64,000 nucleotides of DNA from Felis catus (Eukaryota), in contig NC_058368.1 in assembly GCF_018350175.1 (NCBI RefSeq), positions 18,106,001 through 18,170,000 of the forward strand, in the 5' to 3' direction. The notes beneath the pieces were generated by a model. It was not told the origin of the DNA, made no database searches, and saw only the letters and a program-made list of their open reading frames with translations. Shown here in pieces: positions 1 to 9,018 of the stretch (position 1 is the stretch's first letter; each line of letters opens with the position of its first letter). The position numbers and the translations under genes are program-made.

Positions 1-1863
1 CCTGTCTTGCACAAAAATGGTCACATGTATTCTAAGTAAACATAATGCAATTTCATTGAGGGTTTTTAAATGTAGGTGAGAGGCAAAAAATGAAACTAAC
101 ACCATCCTCTGTAACAGCCAGATGTATGTACTTGATATTTAAGAGGCTGATAGCACAGAAAAGAAGGTTTTAAAGCACAACTATACATTTCTCATTCTGA
201 GATGAACATACTGACTAGGTTACATTAATTAGCTAGTTAAGATGTAAAACTGTATTAAGGAATCCCAAAATTCTGACTCTCCGTAAAAGCAACAATAAAA
301 CTGGCCCCCAAGAACCACCGAAAACAACTTTTTTTAGAACTCTAGAAACTAGCTCACAGCAAGTCAGGTTATACTTAAAAACAAAAGCTGAGTCTTGATA
401 ACAGCATGCTTTGTGGAATTTTAAGCTAGCCCTGTGCCTTGTTCCCAAGCTTAGCAGTAGCCTTTTGCAAAGAATGTTTTTATTTTATCTGTCTCATGCC
501 TACCCAGAAGATTCCTGTTCTAAAAGCTTATATTTATCTCATCTAACTTGGAACATTTCCAATGCTAAAGTCACCACCCCAGGATAGGGGGAGAGTTAGG
601 GGGCGTACATTTCTCTTCTGCCTGAAGCAATAGGATGAACAATAGACTAAGCAAAAAGCTTAGGAAGGGAGGTTAGCAGTGAGATCTCCGTAAAGGCATG
701 GAAAAACCCAGACATATCCTTGGAAATCTAGAAAGCTATGTATGTGTTGTTTAGGACTGCATGCCCAGAAAAGACCAGAGAGACCCTAAGCTGTCACCTC
801 TGGTTGCATCTTGAAGGCATGCCCCAACACTCATCACAGCACACCCCAGTCAAGACTGGAAGGTTGTTTTGGTTCCAGACACGTAAGGAAATCTCTGTCC
901 AGTTGTTAGCAGACTGCTAAGCTAATGGACCACTTTAAGTGGTCACACACAACAGAGCAATTGTCAACGTTACAGGATTCATTTAGCAAAATCACACACA
1001 ACAACAGCTACAAAAAGCACCGACCACAGCGAACTCTGAGGTGCAGGGCAGGAGAATCCAATTTCAGCAGAATGTGTGCATTGTAATGTTCCAAATGCCC
1101 ACTTTTCAAGAAAAATTGTTTACAAGATACCTAAAGGACAGCCAGAACACGGGGAGGGTGGGGGGGAGCACTCAGTAGAAACTATCTCTGAAGAAGCCCA
1201 GATGTTGGACTTAGTAGACAAAGACTTTAAATCGGCAATTTTAGATGTGTTCAGGGACTGAAGGAAGGTATGAGGACAATGCCTCCTCAAACAGAGACTA
1301 TCAATAAAGAGCTAGAAATTGGAAAAGATGTTTTCATAAAGTTATAAACTTATCAAAATTATAATTTAAACTCATAATTTTATAAAAAGTATAAATATCT
1401 CGTCTGGGGTTGAAAATTATAATTGAAATTTAAAAATCCACTATAGGAGTTGAACAGCTGTGAACAGTCAGTAAAAAGAATCAGCAAAGTTGAAGTTAGA
1501 TCAGTAGAGATTATGCAATCTGAGGAACAGAAAGAAAAAAGAATAGAAGAAAGTGAACAGGGCCTCAGAGACCTGTGAGATGTTATCAACAATATTCACA
1601 CAATGGGTGTCTTGGAAGGAAAAGAAAGGGGAAAGGGGACAAAAAAATATTTGGAAGAAATATTTTTTTCAGAAAGTGTACAAGTTTGTTGAAAATTTAA
1701 TAACACACATTTAAGAAGTTTACCAAGCCCAGATAAAGGTACACACTGAGACACATCACGATTAAATTATCAAAAGCCAAAAACTCAGAGGGGACTTTGA
1801 AAGCAAAAAGAAAGATAACTCATCATATACATGTGATTTACAATAAGATTATCACGATGCTTT

Positions 1864-1995
1864 GAGGCACCTGGGTGGCTCAGTCAGTTGAGCATCCATC
1901 CGACTCTTGATTTTGGCTCAGGTCATGATGCCACCAGGGTCATGGGATCCAGCCCCGTGTCGGGCTCTGTGCTGAGTGTGGAGCCTGCTTGGGGT

Positions 1996-2043
<48 letters not shown>

Positions 2044-2058
2044 TTCCTCTGCCTGTCC
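1864..2058 (+). mobile_element. Can-SINE (SINEC_Fc2-like) inserted in L1 ORF1
   Basis: GAGGCACCTGGGTGGCTCAGTCAGTTGAGC tRNA-like head, ACTCTTGATTTTGGCTCAGG segment and (CT)n tract. Confidence 0.93.
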
Positions 2059-2146
2059 TATATATGTGTATATATATAGGATATATATATATAGGACATA
2101 TATATATAGGACATATATATATATATATATATGGATAGGATAGGAG

Positions 2147-2197
<51 letters not shown>
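2059..2197. repeat. Compound (TA)n microsatellite with GGA interruptions
   Basis: Directly visible; occupies the position of the SINE's A-rich tail. Confidence 0.95.
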
Positions 2198-2673
2198 ATT
2201 ATTACAATTCTCATCAGAAACCTATAGAGGCCGAAAAGCATTTCTATTGCCAGTAAAACTGCATGTGAAAATACAGGCAAAATTAAGACATTTCAGGATA
2301 AACAAAAACTATCACACCTGCCCTAAAGAATGTTAAAGGTAGTCCTTGCAGCTGAAATGAAAGGATACTAGACAGCCACTTGAATTAACAAAGAAAGGAT
2401 AACAAGGAAGCAGAAGACTCGGGCAACACTTGTAAACCAGCTAGACCTAATAGACATCAATGGAGCACCCCACCTGATAGCACAGTACACATTTCTCTCA
2501 AGTCCACATGCTCTCTGCTTTCTCCAAAGCAGACTGTGTGTTAGGCCCCATCTCAAGTCTCAGTAAATTTTAAAAGATTGAGATCATGCAAAGTATCTTC
2601 TCCGACTACAATGACACAAAATTAGAAACCATTAACAAAACGAAAATAAATAGGGAAACTAAACAACATAATC

Positions 2674-2907
2674 TTTTTAAATGTTTCTTATTTATTTTTG
2701 AAAGAGAGAGAGCATGAGCAGGGGAGGGGCAGAAAGACGGACACACACAATCTGAAGCAGGCCCCAGGCTCCGAGCTGTCAGCACAGAGCCCGATGGGGT
2801 GGGGGGGCTCAAATGGGGGGGGGGGGGCTCAAACTCACGAACCATGAGATCGTGACCTGAGCTGAATGAAGTAGGACGCTTAACCGACTGAGCCACCTGG
2901 GCGGCCC
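2674..2907 (-). mobile_element. SINEC_Fc (felid Can-SINE)
   Basis: Reverse-complement head and AGGCTCCGAGCTGTCAGCAC internal motif. TSD TAAACAACAT at 2660 and 2908. Confidence 0.93.
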
Positions 2908-3879
2908 TAAACAACATGCTCTTAAATAACCGGTGGGTTAGAAAGAAAATAACAAAGTAATTAGAGAAAACTGAGATGTATGAAAGTTTGGTATAAAACC
3001 CCATACCGATACTTACGGTATGTAGCAAAAACAGTGCTCAGAAGAAAATGGATAGCTTACATTAAAGAAGAAATAAATTAACCCAACTTTACACCTTAAA
3101 AAAAAAAACTAGAAAAAGGACTAAACGACACTGAAAACAAGAAGAAGGGAATAATAAAGATTATGACAGACATAGAGAAAATATAGAATAGAAAAATAGT
3201 GTTTCAGCGGCTGGATGGGCTAGCTAGCCATTATGTAAGGCATGTAGAGATGTGTTTGAATACACTTGTGAAAAAGACGCTATACACTAGTAATGAACAA
3301 TCTGAAAATTAAAGTAAGAAAACAATTCCATTTACAGTAGCACCACAAAGTGTAAAATACTTAGGAATAGATTTAACCAAGGAAGTGATATACTTATCCA
3401 CTGCAAGCTACCCAACACTGTTGAAAAAAAATTAAAGATGGCCCAAACAGATGGGAAGGCATTTTATGTTCATGGATGAAGACTCAGTATTAAGATGACA
3501 ATCTTCCCCAAATGAATCTATGGATTCAATGCAGTTCCTATCAAAATGTCATTTGCCTTTTTTTTTTTTTTTTTTGATCCAGAAATAGACAAGCTGATCC
3601 CAAAATGTATATGGACATACAGGGGACCATGAATAACCAAAACAATCTTGAATCTTCCCAATTTTAAAACTTACAATTCCACAGTTATCAAAACAGTGTG
3701 ATATTGACATAAGGGCAGACATAAATGGGATAGAATTTGGAGTTCAGAAGTAAAATCATCCATCCGTCGTCAACTGATTTTTTTACAAGGCTGCCAAAAC
3801 CCATCAATGGGGAAAGGATACTATTTTTAGCAAATGGCACCAGAAAAGCTGGGAATCCACACGCAAAAAGATCGAACCT

Positions 3880-3984
3880 GGGGCACCTGGCTGGCTCTGT
3901 CAGTGGGGCACACAACTCTTGATCTCGGGGTTGTGGGGTTGAGTCCTACTTTGTAGAGATTACTTAAAATCTTTAAAAAAAAAA
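3880..3984 (+). mobile_element. Short Can-SINE (SINEC_c-type, no CT tract)
   Basis: GGGGCACCTGGCTGGCTC head and TAGAGATTACTTAAAATCTTT plus poly(A) end. Confidence 0.85.
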
Positions 3985-4743
3985 TTGAAGTTGGACCCAT
4001 ATCTCATGCTGTATACAAAAATTAGCTCAAATGGGTCAAAGATCTCAATGTAAAAGTTAAGAACTAAAACGCTCAAAAGGAAACATAGGTGTAAATCTTT
4101 GTGACTTTATATTAAATAGGCAACAAATTTTCACCTTCTGTACAATATAGATTTTAAAATAGATAGTAAAGTGCAGAGTCACATAATAATGTTGAATACT
4201 TGGAGCAGGTCAGTTTCTTTCTCTTACTTAGTTAAATATACTGCTTAAATAATATAAATACACAGATCTACGTATGGTTACTTTGGGGCTATAATTATAT
4301 TTCAGCACAACTATCTTGAAAATATGGATTTATCTCCCCTTAGAATGTGCTTCTGCAGATAGATGATATAATTATGTGTTTTCAGATCCACATATGAAGT
4401 TACTATAAATTGGCTAAGAAATAAATATAATAATCATTTAAGTCTATCAAATTCAACTAACATTGATGTCAAAAATAAAAACTTTACTAGCACTTAAAAA
4501 AAAACCTTCCTAGAAGTGATAATTTAGTACGTAAAAATAAATGGTACTAAACTTATGAAGATAAGGTGAATTGGGAAAATGTTTGATAGGTCTGAAAATA
4601 TCCATATGAAATATTTGCATGCTTTGAGAGGATATATCATCTTTTGACAAAGTGTTTTTTCATAGTATGTGTTAAACAGTTAAAGTCCCAGCCAATCCAC
4701 GATTTTGAAAGTTCATAGCTTTGCCAGCAGGAAATTAATTTAC

Positions 4744-4816
4744 TTGAATATTCTCTTTATTTCCATCAATGTCAAGATCTGAAATTCCACCAGAGCACAC
4801 ATTAGTTTTTTGCCTA
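4744..4816 (-). CDS. Candidate second coding exon, (S)RQKTNVCSGGISDLDIDGNKENIQ
   Basis: Acceptor TTCTCATCATTCTTTTAG, with an in-frame NAGNAG alternative TAG 3 nt later. The 73 nt are open in exactly the phase left by exon 1 (AG+T = Ser). Donor is CAA|GTAAAT; implied intron 1 is 572 nt. Confidence 0.5.
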
Positions 4817-5388
4817 CTAAAAGAATGATGAGAAGCAAGAGCGATTTTTCTTATGCAAGCCAGCATTAAAGTTAGGTCTCATGTGTTGAGATGCCATGAG
4901 CCTGTCTAGGGATATCATATGTATGATCCTAGTTTGGGGAATTCAGACAAGAGCTGGCTTCTATTTGCAAGCCAGGCCTCAGATGGAATATAAAAGGGTA
5001 ATGAGGAATACACTGAGGTAGAAAAATGGATTTGCCTAGGAAGCCAAGTCTTAAAAAAGGAAACCAAAGATTTGGTTGGTATTTGACAGACTCGCAATCT
5101 GTATTTGATAGAAGACCAGGAATTTTTGTCGCTTCAAAACTGTGTTTCAGAACTCCTTTTCATAAACAACGATGTAAGCAAGCAAGCATTCAAAAGCCAG
5201 CAGGCTGCCATTAAACACAACAAAAGCGAAAAAACCAGGTCCAGTTACCCTGCCTTCATTCTCAATCCTACAAAGAAATCACTCACCCACCGAGTGTTAA
5301 CAGGTTGATGCAATGAATCATACGATAATAAATCCTAACGGAATTTGCAGAAACCGTGCAAATGTGCAAATACACTCCTGTGACTTAC

Positions 5389-5426
5389 CTGTGATTTCTC
5401 CTTGCAAGTGGTAACTCGTTAGCCAT
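5389..5426 (-). CDS. Candidate first coding exon of an unidentified spliced gene (MANELPLARRNH plus 2 nt)
   Basis: Minus strand reads CACC-ATG-GCT-AAC-GAG-TTA-CCA-CTT-GCA-AGG-AGA-AAT-CAC-AG|GTAAGT. It has a strong Kozak context (A at -3, G at +4), an open frame and a consensus donor. It lies in unique sequence between two L1 blocks. Confidence 0.6.
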
Positions 5427-5429
5427 GGT

Positions 5430-5444
5430 GTTGCTCTTGGTAAC
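5430..5444 (-). promoter_or_regulatory. RFX X-box motif
   Basis: Minus strand GTTACC-AAG-AGCAAC fits the RFX consensus GTNRCC-N(0-3)-RGYAAC and ends 3 nt before the candidate ATG. Confidence 0.55.
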
Positions 5445-7398
5445 CACAGGTATCAGGAGATGATGCAGAATTAGTATTGCCTCCTACTTTGTGTGTGATA
5501 CAGAGGGTGAGACTCCTGCCGTCTCTGTCGTGAATCAAATTTTTGTGTATGTGGATACGCTGCTGGATCTTTCTCGCATTCTTTCCGTAGGTTTACTTAT
5601 TCCTGCACCAATAACAAATATTTTAATATTATAACTTCACAATCTTGATATTTGGTGGGATGTTCCATTTTGTCTTTTTCATTTAGAATGCCTCAGGTGT
5701 TCTTGGCTCTTTGTGGTTCCACTTGGGTTTTAAAATCAACTTCTCCTTCGCAAACAGCCATTGGGAATATGGTTGGGATTACTTGGACTCTATACATCGG
5801 TTGGGGTGCAATGAATATCTTTATGAAGGTTAATAATCCAAATCATGAACACGTTAAATTTTCCCTACATTGCAGTAGTTTTAGTGCTCTTCAAAAAAAA
5901 TGGATGTTTCTTCATATAAATCTGAGAAAACTGTTATATTCATTCCTAAGGAACGTACAGTTCTTGTTCATAGGGTAAATGGTATCTATTTTTTAATTAC
6001 ATTTTAAAATTATCTGTTGCTGTGTATAGAAGAGGAATTGATTTTTCTATATTGATTACCTTAAATCTAAGCATTTAGCTCACTTACATCTAATGATTTG
6101 GGGGGGGGTTCTATATAGACATTTATATTATTTGAGACTAGATGACAGTTTTGTTTCCTTCTTGACAATCTTTATGCCCTTCATTTCTTTTGTTGTTTTG
6201 CTGTGCTGACTAGCTAGGACCTCCAGCCCAATGTTAACCCAGAACAATGATAATGGACACTTTTTGTAATTCAGATTTTAAAGATGTTCCCAGTATCTCA
6301 CCATTAGGAATTACGTTTGCTGTAGGTTTTCAGTAGATTAATCAGAGAGCATCAAATAATCATATGGCTCTTCTCTTTTTTAATGTTAATGTGGTAAATG
6401 ACATGTGTAGTTTTTCTGATCATAGATCACTCTTGCATTCCTGGGATGATCCCAGACCGATTGTATTCTTTTCTCTTTTTGTACAAACCACTGGATTTAG
6501 TTTTGTTTTATATATTGACTAGTGATCTTGCTAAATTTACTAGTAAATTCCAAATGGTATTTGTAGATGCTTGTGTAAACTTTGTAAATTCAGTCACACA
6601 GTCTATGATGAATGACAGTTTTACTCTTTCTTGTTAGTCTTTCTGGCTCTATGACACTGTGCAGTGTCCAACCAGTACAACACGTACAGTGTTGAATAGA
6701 AGTGGTGATAGCGATCACCCTTGTCTTTTTCCAAAATGTGAGGAAGGAGGGAATGCTTTTCCTAGGCTGATATTTTGTAAATAAGCTTTATCAAATTAAG
6801 AAAGTCCCCTTCTGTCCCTGGTTTGTTATGATTACTTTAAATCATAATGAGTATTGAATTTTGTCAAATGTAGGTTTTGTTTTTTGTTTTTAGGTAACTA
6901 TAGTCTCCATCCCCCTTTCTTTGCTTAATGCGGAGAATTTCAAATGTCAAAACAACTTTGCATTCCCAGAATAAACCCAATGGTTATAAAGAACAATCTT
7001 TTTTATATTTGATTTATTTATATTTTATTTATAGTTTTTCCTTTATGCCCATGGCAGATTGCCCTGTAATTTTCCTTTCTTTTAATATCTTTGTCAGGTT
7101 TTGGTAGCAAGATTGTACTGACCTATTAGTACATAATCTCTTTTTCTCCTATCTGGAATAGTTTGTGTAAGATTGTTGTTACTTCTTCCTTAAGTACTTG
7201 GAAGAATTCCAAGAGCAGCCAACTTGTCTAGAGATGTCTTTGTGAGAAGGTTTAAATTTTGGATTCAATTTTTAAAATATATTTAAGACTATTCATATGG
7301 TCCACTTTGTCTTGTGTCAGTTTTGATGAATTCTGTTTTTCAAGATATATGTCCATTTCATCTAAATTTGTCATAATGTTCTCCTTAATGTTCTTATC

Positions 7399-7429
7399 TT
7401 TAAAAAAAAGTTTATTTATTTTGAGAGAA

Positions 7430-7476
<47 letters not shown>

Positions 7477-7614
7477 CCTAAGCAGGCTCCATGCTGTCAG
7501 CACAAGAGCCTGAGCCCAATGCAGAGTTCAATCTCAGGGAACCGTGAGATCATGACCTGAGCCAACATCAAGAGTAGGAGGCTTAACCAACTAAGTCACC
7601 CAGGCACCCCCCCC
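7399..7614 (-). mobile_element. Can-SINE (SINEC_Fc2-like)
   Basis: (GA)n tract, GAATCCTAAGCAGGCTCC and reverse head CCCAGGCACCCC. Flanking repeat CTTATCTTT. Confidence 0.92.
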
Positions 7615-7819
7615 CTTATCTTTTTTAATGTCTGTGGACATGGTATTAATAATTTATTCTGTCTTTCTTGATTAGTCTTGCTAAGAGTTATGAACTTTGT
7701 TAGTGTTTTCAAGGAGTCTGGTTTTGACATGGTTGATTATCTTTACATTTCATTGATTTTTTGCTCTATTTTTATTATTTCCTTCCTTTTACTTTGTTAT
7801 TTGCTCTTCATTTTCAACC

Positions 7820-8035
7820 TTTTTTTTAAAATTATTTTTTAATGTTTATTCATTTTTGAGAGACAGAGCGTGAATGGGGGAGGGGCAGAGAGAGAGGGAG
7901 ACACAGAATCTGAAGCAGGTTCCAGGCTCTGACATGTCAGCACAGAACCTGCCGCGGGGCTCGAACTCACGAACCGTGAGATCATGACCTGGGCCAAAGT
8001 CGGACACTTAACCAACTGAGCCACGAATGCTCCCC
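7820..8035 (-). mobile_element. SINEC_Fc
   Basis: GACACAGAATCTGAAGCAGG...GGGCTCGAACTCACGAACCGTGAGATCATGACC. Degenerate TSD TTCATTTTC(A/T)ACCT. Confidence 0.93.
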
Positions 8036-8070
8036 ATTCATTTTCTACCTTCTTGAAGTACATGCTTATA

Positions 8071-8519
8071 CAAATGGTCCCTGACTTTTTGACTTTGCAG
8101 CGTTGCAAAAGCAATATGCATTCAGTTGGAACTGTACTTCAGATTTTGAATTTTGATCTTTCCCTGGGCTAGTAATAGGCAGTAGGATCTTCTCCTGTGA
8201 TGCTGGACAGCAGCAAGGAGCCACAGCTCCCAATCAGCCTCGCAATCGCAGGGGTAATCAACTGATACCCTTACCACCATTGTGTTTTTTACTTTCAGTG
8301 CTGTGTTTTAGAAATTAAATGGGATATTCAACACTTTATTCTAAAATAGGCTTTGTATTAGATGATTTGCCCACTCTAAGTGTTCTGAGCACACTTAAGG
8401 TAGGCTAGCAAGGCTAAGCTATATGTTCAGTAGATTAGGTATATTAAATGCATTTTCAACTGATTTCAACTTACAGTGGATTTAATGAGACAAGCCTATT
8501 GTAGGTCAAGGAAAATTAG
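8071..8519 (-). mobile_element. MER47/Tigger5-family non-autonomous DNA transposon (TcMar-Tigger)
   Basis: Ends resemble MER47 terminal repeats (CAAATGGTCCCTGACTT ... GTAGGTCAAGGAAAATTAG), flanked by TA at 8069-70 and 8520-21. Internal AATAGGCTTTGTATTAGATGATTTGCCCA and GGCTAAGCTAT match the MER47 body. Confidence 0.85.
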
Positions 8520-8835
8520 TATCAATTTTCAAACTCTTTTTGGTAATATATTCATTGAAATATCTGTATTGCTGTGTAAACATAAACTTAGCTATATCCA
8601 TGTTTTTATATGGCATACTGTCATTATTTTTCACTTCAAAATATTTTCTAACTTTCATTGTGATTTCTTCTTTGACGTATGGACTACTTCAAAATGTATT
8701 TCCAAACATGAAGATTTCCTAGTCATCTATTGATTATTGATATCAAGTTTAACTCCACTGTAGCCAGCCAGTATATTGTATATCAATCTTTATATATTTG
8801 TTCATAGTTGTTTTATGGTCCAGCATACTATTTTA

Positions 8836-9018
8836 TTTATTTTTAAGTTTCTTTCTTTATTTTGAGAGGGAGAGAGAGAGAGAGGGAGAGAAAGAGAATC
8901 CCAAACCCATCAATGCACCATGAGTGCAGAGCCCGATTTGGGGCTCGAACTCACAAACCATGAGATCTAACCTGACCCAGAGTCCAGCGCTTCACCGACT
9001 GAACCACCCAGGCGCCCC
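8836..9018 (-). mobile_element. Can-SINE
   Basis: Reverse head CACCCAGGCGCCCC and (GA)n tract. TSD CAG(C/A)ATACTATTTTA at 8821 and 9019. Confidence 0.92.

Larger units (their letters stand above)
235..4118 (+). mobile_element. Old, internally deleted LINE-1 (L1M-type): 5' region, ORF1 remnant and ORF2 pieces
   Basis: ORF1-like A-rich coding remnants (~1170-2370, e.g. EEAQMLDLVDKDFKSAI) and recognisable ORF2 segments (~2430-3190, ~3280-4118). Many stops; interrupted by three SINEs. Confidence 0.85.

Noticed and set aside
1888..2280. ORFs with SLSLSL, ERERER and YIYIYI runs (similar ones at 7252, 7839, 31054, 38279, 45250, 51901, 58571, 61840)
   Set aside because: Translations of SINE (CT)n/(GA)n tracts and TA microsatellites, not genes.
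3880..3960. tRNA-Lys-like sequence (also ~52960-53044)
   Set aside because: These are heads of Can-SINEs with SINE tails and degenerate stems, not tRNA genes.
5425..5455. Plus-strand reading of the same palindromic CCATGG: GCCATGG-MVLLLVTT followed by CAG|GTATCA, resembling a signal-peptide leader exon
   Set aside because: The donor is weaker than the minus-strand one, the next 3.8 kb are L1/SINE, and I found no compatible downstream exon.
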